Assembly (NCBI GenBank): GCA_050613775.1
Contig: JBODTK010000154.1
Location: 310,001-374,000 of the forward strand
Direction of reading: 5' to 3'
Origin: Neocallimastix sp. 'constans'
Taxonomy: Eukaryota
DNA: 64,000 bases
Below the pieces are notes generated by a model. The model was not told the DNA's origin, did not search any database, and saw nothing but the letters and a program-made list of their open reading frames with translations. The number at the start of each line of letters is the position of its first letter. Positions within the stretch are counted from its first letter, which is position 1. Position numbers and translations under genes: made by a program. Positions 24,438-37,730 of the stretch are shown here, piece after piece.

Positions 24438-27400
24438 ATGGCCTATCAATTTAACTTAGCTAAGGACCAACGTCTTCGTGGTGTATCCAATTTTGCCACA
24501 TGGAATTTCCTTATCATGACTGCAGCTAGGAGATATGGAATGGAAGAATTCATTGAAGAAGATGTTATCTCTCACCTGAAGGATAATAACTATATGCTTA
24601 ATCCTAATGAAGAATCTAAGACGGTAAAAGTTATCCTGAAGATTATTGAGGAATTACAATTAAATCATGGAGAAAATGTAAACTACAATGAAGTGTTTAC
24701 TCAAAACCGAAATAGAATCATTGCTAAAGCAGAAGAGAAAGACTCTCAGTTAATGCTTATGGTAATTCAAAACGTTGAAGAAAAAATATTAAGGGAAGTT
24801 AATAGAATGAAGAAAACATTCACAATTATGGAAAAACTAACTTCAAAATACGGTGATAAGAATAATGACACTGAATACTGGCTCAAGAAATTGCGAAAAC
24901 TTAAGGCAAATGACCGCAGCCAAATAATGAAGATGGCTGATAGCGTAAATGAAATATTCGGTGAAATGGAAGATGCCGGAGTAAATTTGACTGAAAGGGA
25001 AAAATTAAAGTACATGTTCAATATTTTACCAAATGACTTTAAAAACATTATAGATGTAACTTTAGAAACTACCGCCAGACAATTATATGAAAGTATAAAA
25101 GATAGAATTTCAGCTAGATCATATCTAGAAAATTGGGAAAATACAATGGATGAACATGATGATCATGATGATCCAATGGATATAGATCTAATTGAAAAAC
25201 GTTATAAAAATAAAAACTATCATAAAGGAAAAGGTTTTGTTAAGAAAATAAACAGAAACAATAACAAAACTAACAAAAATTTATATTGTCATATTTGTGA
25301 GATAAGAGGACATCTCACAAAAGATTGTAAATACAATATGAAAGCAAGAGAAAACAAAAAGGAAGGGAGGCAACAATCACTCTACCAGAAAAACCATAAA
25401 AATGAAGAAAAAGAATTAAAATCATTTGGTTTAGTGGAAAAAATAACTTCTAAATATGAAGAAAGTGACAGCGAAAGAGATGATAATTTTGAAGACATCA
25501 GACCATTATGTGAACCACATATTAATGATGCTTTGATAATTGAATCAATAAATGAACCATATAATATAGATAATGATGAAAAATCTGTAAACATAATTGA
25601 AAGAAATATAGAAAGTAATGAAACAGTTGAATGGTATTATGATAGTGGAGCTTACGAACATGTAACTAATGATAAAAACCTTTTGAAAGATTATAAAGAA
25701 GATTTTGTACAACTAAGATGTGCAAACAATACTACTTTAGACTTTGAAGGATATGGTAGTTGTGAATTTACCATAAACAACTACCATATAAAATTAAACA
25801 AAGTGTTATATTCAAAAAAGGCACATAAAAACTTGATAAGTGCTATCGAATTCGCAAAAATAGGTATAACATCCGTTATTGAGCCAATAAGTCAAGAAAA
25901 AGTAAAATTGACTATATCTGACTGTGATAAAAATGTTATCGGAACGTTTCTATCAACTGATTTTAATCAATTTAAAATAAACACAAAAAGTATAATAAAT
26001 AATCAAAATATTTTATCATTAGATGATTTAGGGCAAAACAGTCTAGAAATATGGCACAGAAGAATGGGCCATCAATATATAAGAAATATTTCTAAACATT
26101 TAGAACTACACGAGATCAAGATCCCAAAATGTAAAGAATGTAAAGTAGTAAAAATGAAGCATTCCCCACATAATGGGAACAATCTTAAATCAAACAAGAT
26201 ACTTGAAGTTATACACTCTGACATTTCGGGGCCATATAACAGTTCTATTAATGACAAAAAAATATTTTATAACTTTCTTGGACGAATATTCGTGGAAAGT
26301 TTGGCTCTTCACTTTAAAATCTAAAGCTGAAGCGCCAGACATTATAATCGATTTTCTAAAATACCTTAACAATCAATTTGATAATTATAAAGTTAAAATA
26401 TTTAAAACAGATGGTGGTAAAGAATATAAAAATAAGAAAATAAGAAGATACTGTAAAGATAATGGAATTGAAAAATCATTCTCTCCACCATATTGTCCAG
26501 AAAATAATGGAAAAGCCGAAAGGATAAATCAAACAATAAAAAACACAGCTAAAACTTTATTATTTTGGGCAAAATTATCTGAAAATTTCTGGGAATATGC
26601 AGTAAGACATGCGGCTTATTTGTATAATATGATTCCTCATGAAGGAAATAATAATTTAATACCTGATGAAGTCATATCAGGAAAAAGTATTTCTTTAAAA
26701 CACTTAAGAACTTTTGGATGTAAATGTTATTATATTGATAATATGGAAAACAAATCCAATTTCACTCCAAAAGCAAAGGAAGGAATATTTCTTGGTTTCA
26801 GCAAGAAAAATTACTCATATAGGATTATGGACATAAAAAACAAAAGAATACACCATGTCAGAGAAGTAGAATGTTTAGAGGAATGTCCAGCAAACTATAT
26901 ATATGAGAAAGAAGGATTTGTGGACCCATATTTCTCTTTTACAAAAATTGATAATAATATAGTAAATAATAATAATAATGAAAATAATCATATCATAAAT
27001 GAAAATATAATTAATAATATAGAAAACATAAATAATGTTCTAAACAATGAAAATAATAATTTAAATGAAAACAATAATAATATTGATTTAAATAACATTA
27101 TTGTAAACGATAATTTAAATAATATGAACATGGATAACGAGGATAATAAAATAGAAGCAGAAAATAATTTACATGATAATAACACGAAAATAATTATTAA
27201 TACTTTAGATAATATGAATAATAATAAAAATATAGATAAAGGTAAAGAAAATATGGTTTATAATATTAACAACGACGATATAATTAATTTAAACAATAAA
27301 AATAACAAAATTAAAACCATAACCTTAGAAAAGGACACAAAAACAAATAAACTATTGGATTTTAATAAAACAAATAACACACATAACAATAAACACAATA

Positions 27401-29226
27401 TTACTTTAGAACAAAATAATTTATACGCAAAAAATAATATTAATTCAAATGTAATTTCTGAAGTAAATAATGAAATTTCAACTAATGTAAAACATAGTAA
27501 CAATAATATAGTTCGTTTAAATAAAAATTATAATAAACAAAATACTAACACAGTACTAGAAAACCAAAATATACTTCAAAAGGTCAATAACAATTCTTTA
27601 AATAATAATAATAATGATTTTATATTTACCAATATCCATGTAAACAATAAAAATAATTTGAATCATTCATTAAAAAACGTGGTAAATAATTCTTACATTG
27701 AAAAAGGTGAATGCAGTTATTCTTATAAAAATAAACATAATTGGGCAGAAAAAGGAAAAGATGCTGAAAATCCTTCAATTACCCATAAGGAATATAGTAA
27801 AAAATCCTGTAAAAATGATATCGTTTTACCGACTCTGATTAATACTGTTAACTCAAATATAAATGATTCCAAGCCAACCGAAAATTCCCCTGCCAGTACT
27901 CCTGTAAAAACGCTTAAAGAAAATATTGATATTTCTAAATTTAAAAATGAAAAAAATTTTAATAATAAAAATTATTCAAAAAATGAAGAAAAATTTAATT
28001 TACAACCATTGGATAATGGTAAAATAATTAAATCTCATAATTTAAATTCAGACCCAATAATGACGAAGAATAATAATATTATGAATAATAATTCCACTAA
28101 ATTAAAATCTTTTAATACATCACGTGAATCTACAACATTTATTGATAAAGATAATAAGTTACATAAAATTAATGATAACAGTAATAAATCTATGAAACTT
28201 AAAAATTTTTCAAAATTTAATCAAAAATTTATTAATAAAATTTTTTTTCAAAATGTCAATAATAAAAATATAATTAATGATAATAATATAATCAATACAT
28301 CTGTAACAAATGATACTTTTGATAAAACATTTAAACTTTCCCTTAATAAATCTTTAAATAATGAAGATTCTGTCACTAAAAATATTAAAGATGACAATTT
28401 TAATAATAATATTATTGCTACTAATGAAAATTTACTAGATAATGCTGTTGATGATAATCTATCAATTAACATTTCTAATTGTTCAAATTTAGATGAAAAT
28501 GATGTTATTCCTATTGGCGATAAAACTCCCCAGGATTCTTATTCTATTAACCATGATTTAGGTTCTGATACTAATTACATTAATAATAATATTATTTCCA
28601 TTATTTCTGACCAAGATGTAAATATGACTGATAATATGACAGGGATTAACAATCAGTCCGTACTCAAACGTCCTTTAAGTCCTGAAACTTTCTCTAATAT
28701 TACTAATGATATCTCTCGGCCTAAATATGATGTTTCCAATAATGAAAAAATGGTTTTTACAATTTACACTGATACACCTAATAGTTTTAATGAAGCTATT
28801 AATTGTCCTAATAAAAATTACTGGTATAAAGCTATACAAGATGAACTTAATAATTTATACAATAATAATGTTATGTCCATCGTTAATTACATTCCTAAAA
28901 ACAAAAATCTTATTTCGATAAAATGGGTTTTTGCTACCAAAAAAGATTCTAATAATAATATTGTTAGATTTAAAGCTCGCCTAGTTGCTAGAGGTTTTAA
29001 ACAACGTAGAGGTATTGATTATGAACTTACTTATTCTCCTACCTTAAATATTGATGGATTAAAGCTTATTATCGCTTTAGCAGCTAAGTTTAATTGGAAT
29101 ATCTACCAATTAGATATTAAAGCTGCGTATCTCAACGCTCCATTAGATACTGATATTTACACTACTATTCCACTAGGTGATACTAACTTTGGGCGGGGAT
29201 TCTGGAAACTCAATAAAGCACTATAC
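24438..29226 (+). pseudogene. Copia 1 gag-pol, 5' part (frameshift at A7 run 26256-26262; cut in RT at KALY)
   Basis: CHIC zinc knuckle, WYYDSGA protease, WHRRMGH/CKEC and DDE integrase, RT start; collinear with the 43291 ORF. Confidence 0.9.
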
Positions 29227-32200
29227 TATAACAAAATATTATAATAAATATAATAACACTCAAAAAAACAAAAATTATTTTATTTTTTATTTATTTTTTT
29301 TTCTTTTATTATAATTATTTTATTAATTATATTTATTATAATACTATAAGCCGCAAGGGTTGATATAGTATTAATATTAAAAAAAGTTTTTTTTAAAAAA
29401 TTAAGTTTTTTTTTAACTAAAAAATTAAAATAAAAAACACAAAGAAAAGAATATTTGTTAATAAGAATTTTACTCATATTTATATTTTTTTCAAAAGTTA
29501 AAGTTATTAAAAAATAAAAGTAAAAGTTTCTAAAAAGTTCTTAAAAATCGAAAAATTTAGAAAAAATAGAAAACAACAGAATTAAGAATTTAATAGAATA
29601 AATTTTAATTAATTAAACACAAGAATTATCAAGAAATTCTAGTAATTTCTTGAACTATAAAGAATCTTCTAGATATTTTTTAGAATAAAACTATAAAATA
29701 ATAATAAATGTGAATCGAACTCTAAGTAGTTTGATTCATGGTATTAGTTACTAACAACTATACCAGAAATAATATTTTTTAAATTTTATAATACAGAATG
29801 AACAAATAATACTAATTGTGCTAGAATAATATAAATTATTCTAACCTTATAGATTATTCTATTCTATATAATTGGAACTTTCCAATATTCTTCAAATATT
29901 ACTAAATAGAAATCTTAAGTTAATAAATCACTAATTAACTTATAATTCCTTTTTGAATTATCGATCCGATTCCATTATAATGTATTAAAAATCTTTAGCC
30001 AAGAATATTGTCCTTGCCCACTTAATATTTTAATATTATATTTCTTTTGTATTATGTTATATTGAAAATAATCAAATCTATTTAATTAGTTATTAAAATT
30101 TTCGTTATCAATTTAAATTTATTTTTAATTACTAAATTTAACTAAACCACAATAAAATATTCTGTATAATCTCTTTATTTTTATTTTATATATATTAGTA
30201 TTAAACTATTATTAAATAATTAATAATTCAATAATATATAACTACTATTTATAACAATAATATTATTAACTAAAATAATAATTCAATTTCAATTTAAATG
30301 TTTTATTTATAAAAATAATTAGTAATTAGTTTATTAAAAAAATAGTTAGGCTTTACAAATTTTAATTTGATAAAAAAATATAAATACATGTAATTTTAGT
30401 GAAATAAAATATAATCAATAACTTTCTTTTTATTAAATAAATAATTATATTATTATTTTTCTTTTATAAATTTAAATAAATAAATATTGATTTTAAAACA
30501 AATTATTTTTTTTTATTGTAATTTTATTATTTGTGTTAATTATTATTATATTCCTAAAATTATATGAACCATACCATTTATGATAAAGAATGCCCAAATA
30601 ATGTTCTTTTGGTTATTCATCTTAAATGATTTATTTAACCCTTAAATAAATTATTTGATTCTTTATTCTTTTGGAACTTTCTATATTCTAATAAATTCAT
30701 CTATATTCCTAATTAGTACAAATTAAATTATACTATTTAAAAAAGTGTATTTAATATTAATTCCTTATCTATACTACTTTTATTATTCTTATCTATATTT
30801 TATTATTATTAAAATCCTTATCAATATTATATAGTTTATTTTATCAATTTTCTTAATAGTTTATCAAAATCTTATCAATAATTCTTTTATTAATATTAAA
30901 CTTATCAATATTAATTATTTCTTTGGAAAATTCCAGATTAAAAATTGTATTAATGATTACTAATAAAAAAAAAAAAAAAAAAAATTAAACATAAATGAAA
31001 ATAGTTATATTATTATTATATGTTTTATTATAAATATTATATTATAAATTTGATGAAATGATTATAAATTTTATATTAACAATTTAAATAATATTATTTT
31101 TCTAAACTTAGTAAAATTAAACTTTAGGATTAAATAAATATTACTAAACCACAGAATTAATTTCTGTAAAATAAAAAAATTATCTTTTAAAATATATAAT
31201 TAAGTAGATTAGTAATAAATAATTAGTAATAGATTAATATATAAGCATTATTTATTATAAGTAAATAATAATTATATTAACAATAAAAAAAAAAAAAAAT
31301 AATATAAAAATTATTAATAATAATTAATTTTTATTATACAAAGAAATGGCTTTACCATTTCTATTATTTTAAGAAAAAAATATAAATAACAGTAAAAAAA
31401 TTGTATTTTTTTTTTATATTGTAATTCTAACATTATAATTTTTAAATAAAAAAAATTTAATAAAAGAATTATAAAAATCAAATTTTAAAAAGTTATATTG
31501 TTTATTTATTTTTTTGTTTATATTAATCTTTTATTTTTATTTTTATTATTGTTTTAATTTTATTTATAATTTTTGAATAATTTTTATAAAAACCCCGAAC
31601 CAAACCATTTATGGTAAAGAATGACTATGAATTACTTATTTTGTTATGTTTAGACATAACTTAACCATAATTAAGTTTATATTCTTTACTAATGGAACTT
31701 TCTTATATTCTTCCCTGAATTAAATTAAAAATTTTATTATATAATATTATAAATTAATTAAAATTATTATAATATTAATTAAAATTTTTATAAAAATATT
31801 TTTTATAAAATCATTACTGAATCTTAATTAAATTAATATTAAAATACATATAAACTCTTCAAAAATTTATATTAACAAATTCTTTATTGAATCTATATTA
31901 AAATTATTTTATATTTTTATTATATTTTTATCAAATTAATTATTATTAACTTTCAATAACATTATAAATTAATATTAATTTTTATTAAACTTAAAATAAA
32001 TTATCATTAAATAATTTATTATCTTTTACCAAATTCAATTAATATTTTTGTAAACTTTTAATTAAAAATTTTATTAAAAACTTTTTAATTATTTACTCCA
32101 GATATTATTTAATTAAAATCTTTATAATATCTTTTTAAATAATAATCTTTTATTCCTTTATGGAATTTATATTAAATATATTATTAATAATTTTATTTAA

Positions 32201-32782
32201 CATTTAATTAAGAATGAATTAATAATTCTTTTAATTAAATACTTAAATTCTTTTTCATTTCCAAGATATTAAACTTTAAAAATGAAATCGAATATAAATA
32301 TCTGAAGAAAATAACATCTTCTAAAGAAAAAAAAATAAAATAACACAAAACAATAATAATAATAATAATAAAAATAATAATAATAATAAAAATAATAATA
32401 ATAATAAAAATAATAATAATAATAAAAATAATAATAATAATAATAAAAATAATAATAATAATAAAATAAAAATAGTAATAATATTAGTAATAATATAAGT
32501 AATAGTATTAATATTAATATTAGGAATAGTAATAATTTAGCTAATAAAATTTAATTAGTTAAAAAAAAAATAATGTAATTAGTTTAAAATTTAAATAAAT
32601 AAATAAATTATAAAATTGTTATTGTGTAAATAAATATTTTAAATCTTTATCTTTTGTGTATAAAAAAAAATTTTTGTTTTTCCCAATGAACCATAACATT
32701 AATTATTTGTTTTAAAACTTTATTGAAAAATAATACTAAATATTAAAATAATAAAATAACTGTAATTATTGATTCTGTTATA
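29227..32782 (-). repeat. 3' LTR of the chromovirus (3.56 kb)
   Basis: Begins after polypurine tract aagggagagagt; 29227-29786 matches 38281-38832 and the last ~35 bp match 41473-41507. Confidence 0.8.
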
Positions 32783-32792
32783 ACTCTCTCCC

Positions 32793-35700
32793 TTAGAGAC
32801 GGATTCCAGACGTCTTAGGTTTTGGTTTATTTGGAAACTTCTTGTGGAATTCGGCAAGAAGTTTATTGTAATGAAGATTCTCAAAAGGTTCCCATGAGTT
32901 TTCAGAATCATCATAACCTTTCCAATGAATTAAATATTTAATTTTGTTATGAAATTTCTTTGAATCAAGAATAGATTCAACTTCATATTCTTTTTCTCCA
33001 TTAAGTATAATAGGTTTTGGAGTTGGGATATTTCTTTCTGTAAATTCATTTTCATAGGCTGGCTCAAGAAGTGAAACGTGAAAAACTGGAAAGACCCTAA
33101 AAGAGTTTGGTAACTTTAATTTATAACTTACATCTGAAATTTTCTTTAAAATAGTAAATGGACCAGATTTCTTAGGAGCAAGTTTACCTTTTTTATTATT
33201 TATTAAATTATTCCTTAACAGCCAAACTTTTGAGCCAACTTTAAACTCAGGCGGAGACATATGTTTATCATCATAATATTTTTTTTGAAAATTAACTGCA
33301 CTTTGAAGATTTTCTTTAAGTACATTTCTTAATTCTTTTAGGTCTTTAGCAATAATTTCAGCACGAGGGACAATAGAAACATCTGGAGTAGAAGGATCAA
33401 ATTTAGGATTGAACCCATAATTAAGAAAGAAAGGAGTAGCATTTGCAGATTCTTGTATTGTGTTATTGTAAGCAAATTCTGCAAGAGATAAATATTCCAT
33501 CCAATTATTTTGTTGATAATTAACATAACATCTTAAGTATTGTTCAAGTATTGTGTTTACCCTCTCCGTTTGACCATTAGTTTGCTGATGATGAGCAGAT
33601 GATAAACAAAGATCAACATGAAGTAAATTAAATAATCTATTCCAAAATTTAGAAGTAAACTGAGTACCTCTATCGGACACAATATCCTTTGGCAGACCAT
33701 GAAGTTTGAAAATAGAATTAAGAAATTGTTCAGCACAATCCTCAGCAGAGGGAACTGATTTAAAGGGAACAAAATGAGCCATCTTCGTAAAGCGATCAAC
33801 TACGACAAGAATACAAGACATACCATTGGAAGAGGGAAGATCTGTTATAAAATCCATTGAAATTGATTCCCAAGGATTATTGCCAATGGGTAAAGATTTA
33901 AGTAAACCGTAAGGTTTATGACGAAGAGCTTTTGAAGCGCAGCACACATTACAAGTACAAATATATTTTTTAATATCCTTATGCATACCAGGCCACCAAT
34001 AATTTCTAGAAACTAAGTCAGAGGTTTTATTTATGCCAAAGTGGCCAGCAGTAGGAGAATCATGACAAGAACAAAGAATTTTAAATCTAAGGCATTCAGG
34101 AATATAAATAAGATTGTCATATAAAAGAATACCATTGGAGAACGAAAGGAGATCAACCGAAGCAATGGGTTTCTCATTAGCAGAAGGCTTTTCAAAATAT
34201 ATCTTAACATTATTAAAGAAAGGATCCTTGGAGTAACACTTTTTAATTTCATCTTGTAGATTTGATTCAATAGAGATCCTTGAAGTAAAACAAAAATTTT
34301 CCGGTTTAAGTACTTGGTAAGGTTTAGCAGGTTCATGATTATCATAATCAGGACGGCGAGATAAAGCATCTGGCTTACCACCGCGAGAACCTGGACGATA
34401 CTCAATTTGAAAGTCAAATCGAGTAAAGAACATTGACCATCTAATTAAACGTTGTGAAAGCTGTTCTGGTTTCTTAAAGTAGAGTAGATTTCTATGATCA
34501 GTAAGAACTTTAATAGTATTCTTAGCACCTTCTAAATAGTACCTCCAAGTTTCAAAAGCAGTCTTAATAGCAAGTAACTCTTTATCATAAATTGGATAAT
34601 TGCATTCAGCAGAGGTAAAAGCTCTAGAATAGAAAGCAATTGGATGAAGCTTATTATCTTTAGAGCTAACTTGGGATAAAATACATCCAAGCGCAAAATT
34701 ACTTGCATCCGTTTCAACAAAAAATTGAGAATTAGGATCAGCAGGAATAAGGATGGGAGCAGAAGTAAAAGAACGTTTAAGAAGTTCAAAGGAGTCATTA
34801 GCATCTTTTGACCAAACAAAAGGAACATTTTTTCTTGTAAGTTTATTAAGAGGATAAGCAATTTTAGCAAAATTTTTTATAAAGCGTCTGTAGAAATTGG
34901 CTAGGCCAAGAAACGATTGAACTTCTTTAACTGTAGTTGGAGCAGGCCAATCTAAAATAGCTGAGACTTTCTTAATATCCATCTTAAGACCATCTGAAGA
35001 TACATAATATCCTAAAAATTTAACTTCGAACTTATCAAACTCACATTTTTCAAGGTTAACATGCAAATGAAATTTCCTAAGTTGTAATAGTACTTTTTTA
35101 ACGTGTAAATGATGTTCAGAAAGATCATCAGAAAAAATGATAATATCATCAATATAGGCATAGCAAAATTTTCCTAAATAGTCAATTAATGCAGTATCAA
35201 TCATTCTTTGAAAACAGGCAGGTGCATTCTTAAAACCGAAAGGCATAACTCTAAATTCAAAGTGTCCTAAGCTACATACAAAAGCTGTTTTGTATTCATC
35301 TCCAGACCTGATACGAATTTGGAAGTAAGCAGATTTTAAATCAAGCTTTGAGTAATACTTATGACCAGGAGCTTTATTAAAAATAACAGTTGTTAAAGGC
35401 ATAGGATAACTATCTCTAATGGTGATTTCATTAAGTTTCCTAAGATCAATACACATACGTAACTCACCATTATCTTTTGGAGCAAATAAAATTGGATGAC
35501 CAGCTTCTGATTTTGACCTAACAATAAAACCGTATTTTAAATAGTCTTTAATAATTTTTTCTAAAGCTATTTCTTCGGGAATTGTAAGGGGATAAATTGC
35601 ACTATAATATAGCTTAGTATTAGGTTTAAGGTCAATAGCACAATCAAAACTAGAATGAGGAGGTAAGATTTTAGCTTCTTCTTCACTAAATACATCAGAG

Positions 35701-37121
35701 AATTCTAGATAAATGGCGGGAAGTGTTTTATTTGGAGTATCCATTTTTGGGGAAGAGGCAATTGAATTCTTCAACACGGAAGGAGAAATAGAAGAATTAT
35801 CAAACAAAGAATTATTAGGGGTGCATGAACCGGAATAGGCTGGTTTCGAAGAGATAGAGTCGGAAGTATTAGAAGTAAGAGAAAGTGAAGTAGAGTTAAC
35901 CGAGGTTGAAGGTATTGATTCAACAAAGGAAGAATCTGACGCATTGTTATTACTATTGCAAAAGCTTAAAATATTATTGTTGAAATCAATTGATGATTTA
36001 TTTTCTTTAAGAAATCTAGAACCAATTAAGCACTCAAATTTGTCGTTCAAATCAATAACAAAAAATTCTGTTAAGACCTGAAGGTTACTAACTTTAAATA
36101 ATATTGGTATAGTTTTACCAACAACGTCTTTGCCACCACCAATACCAGTAATGTTATCAGCTTCTAAATTATCATGTACAAGCTTAAAATTATTAATTTT
36201 AGCAAAATTACTATCCATAAGATTCAAGTCGGAGCCGGAATCTATAAGAGCCTTAGCTTTAATCCATTTATTTTTGTAGTTAAAGGAACACTTAATAATA
36301 CAATCTTTATTAAATTTCTTAGAAGAATTAGATCTAGCCATATGGGAGGAGCCAGGTTTATTTGCTCGCTTTGGACAATTTATTAACTTATGGCCTGATT
36401 GTCCACAATATAGACAAAGCCCTTCTTTAATTCTTCTTGCTCTTTCTTCAGGGGATAAATGAGAGTAATTTGAATCATTATTTGATTTGAAAAAAGAATT
36501 AGAATTGGCGTTTCTATTATTACTTGAGTTAAATCTAAAATACTTCCTATTATTACGAGAATTATTATTATTATTACTGTTATTTCTAGAATTGTAATTG
36601 TTGATCGTTGCGAATCGAGTCATTTGATGATCTATACGATTGGTAATTCGCATTAATTCACTTAATTTGGCAGGAGGAGGGAACAAACTAATTACTCTTT
36701 CTTGAAGTCTTGGTAGCAATCCTTCAATATAAGCATCCATTAAGGCAAATTCATTCCAGTCCGTTTTTTCCGAAAGCCTACGGAATTCATTATTGTAATC
36801 AGTGACTTTACCATATGCTTTTTGCTTAATATGCATAAGAGCTTGATTACAATTAAAAACTGCATCTACGTCACTGAATCTATCCTTCATAAGTTCAATG
36901 AAAGCGTTAAAATCGTCAAGGACTGGGTTATTTTCATTCATCAAGTCTGCAGCCCAATCCATAGCTTCATCTCTTAACAAAGTGATGGTATAAGCTACTT
37001 TTAACGGATCATTGGTGAAATATTCAGGACGAAGAGCAATGGCTAACCCAACATAAGCTAAAAATCCCTTGAGCTTAGCTGAATCGCCATTAAAATGAAA
37101 ATCGTTTGATGAAGAAGACAT
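32793..37121 (-). CDS. gag-pol: Single-ORF Gag-Pol with C-terminal chromodomain
   Basis: CLYCGQSGHKLINC, ALIDSGS, YIDD, ETDAS, HHCC/DDE integrase, EYEVESILD..YLIHWKGY..NSWEP. Confidence 0.96.
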   Translation of the reverse strand: MSSSSNDFHFNGDSAKLKGFLAYVGLAIALRPEYFTNDPLKVAYTITLLRDEAMDWAADLMNENNPVLDDFNAFIELMKDRFSDVDAVFNCNQALMHIKQKAYGKVTDYNNEFRRLSEKTDWNEFALMDAYIEGLLPRLQERVISLFPPPAKLSELMRITNRIDHQMTRFATINNYNSRNNSNNNNNSRNNRKYFRFNSSNNRNANSNSFFKSNNDSNYSHLSPEERARRIKEGLCLYCGQSGHKLINCPKRANKPGSSHMARSNSSKKFNKDCIIKCSFNYKNKWIKAKALIDSGSDLNLMDSNFAKINNFKLVHDNLEADNITGIGGGKDVVGKTIPILFKVSNLQVLTEFFVIDLNDKFECLIGSRFLKENKSSIDFNNNILSFCNSNNNASDSSFVESIPSTSVNSTSLSLTSNTSDSISSKPAYSGSCTPNNSLFDNSSISPSVLKNSIASSPKMDTPNKTLPAIYLEFSDVFSEEEAKILPPHSSFDCAIDLKPNTKLYYSAIYPLTIPEEIALEKIIKDYLKYGFIVRSKSEAGHPILFAPKDNGELRMCIDLRKLNEITIRDSYPMPLTTVIFNKAPGHKYYSKLDLKSAYFQIRIRSGDEYKTAFVCSLGHFEFRVMPFGFKNAPACFQRMIDTALIDYLGKFCYAYIDDIIIFSDDLSEHHLHVKKVLLQLRKFHLHVNLEKCEFDKFEVKFLGYYVSSDGLKMDIKKVSAILDWPAPTTVKEVQSFLGLANFYRRFIKNFAKIAYPLNKLTRKNVPFVWSKDANDSFELLKRSFTSAPILIPADPNSQFFVETDASNFALGCILSQVSSKDNKLHPIAFYSRAFTSAECNYPIYDKELLAIKTAFETWRYYLEGAKNTIKVLTDHRNLLYFKKPEQLSQRLIRWSMFFTRFDFQIEYRPGSRGGKPDALSRRPDYDNHEPAKPYQVLKPENFCFTSRISIESNLQDEIKKCYSKDPFFNNVKIYFEKPSANEKPIASVDLLSFSNGILLYDNLIYIPECLRFKILCSCHDSPTAGHFGINKTSDLVSRNYWWPGMHKDIKKYICTCNVCCASKALRHKPYGLLKSLPIGNNPWESISMDFITDLPSSNGMSCILVVVDRFTKMAHFVPFKSVPSAEDCAEQFLNSIFKLHGLPKDIVSDRGTQFTSKFWNRLFNLLHVDLCLSSAHHQQTNGQTERVNTILEQYLRCYVNYQQNNWMEYLSLAEFAYNNTIQESANATPFFLNYGFNPKFDPSTPDVSIVPRAEIIAKDLKELRNVLKENLQSAVNFQKKYYDDKHMSPPEFKVGSKVWLLRNNLINNKKGKLAPKKSGPFTILKKISDVSYKLKLPNSFRVFPVFHVSLLEPAYENEFTERNIPTPKPIILNGEKEYEVESILDSKKFHNKIKYLIHWKGYDDSENSWEPFENLHYNKLLAEFHKKFPNKPKPKTSGIRL

Positions 37122-37310
37122 TGAAAGAATTATTAAATTATAAACAAGTTTAAGAATTGCAATAGGAAGATTTATTTAATATTATCACTATTATTATTAT
37201 TATTATTTTTTTTTTTTTTTTTTTTTTTAGTGCTCCCGAATGAAAATTGTAATGATAAAGAATTATAAATTATTATTTTTCTAGGCTTTTAGTTTAATTG
37301 CTGATTTAAA

Positions 37311-37341
<31 letters not shown>

Positions 37342-37498
37342 ATTTGGTAAATATAATAACTAGACTAAATTTCACTCTTTTATGCCTTACAACAAAATAA
37401 AAAGCCGGCAAGAGTTACTAACTAGAGGTATATACTAGACTTCAAAATAAAAAATTATAAACTATATATTTTAAAGTCGCTTTACCTTCACGACCAAC

Positions 37499-37730
37499 CT
37501 ATAGCCTTCGGTGACTATAGTTCCTTATTCGCCAGAGCTTATTCGAATAGAGCAACCACCGAACTGTTGAAGTTGGTTGGTAGGATGTGGCTTTCGTTTA
37601 ATCCACACGCTCTTCACGCCCTAGGGTTTTGAAGCCCGTTTATATTCGAATAATTAACGGCTATAGTTTCTAACCTACTGAAACTAGTTACTAACTGCCG
37701 AAACTCTGTTTATGAGCTCTAATCGCTCCT
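37499..37730 (-). ncRNA. Conserved structured leader RNA (copy 2)
   Basis: Homologous to 2250-2478 with compensatory changes. Confidence 0.8.

Noticed and set aside
26256..26262. Programmed frameshift in copia 1
   Set aside because: Falls inside integrase at an A7 run where copia 2 is in frame; more likely a mutation or homopolymer error.
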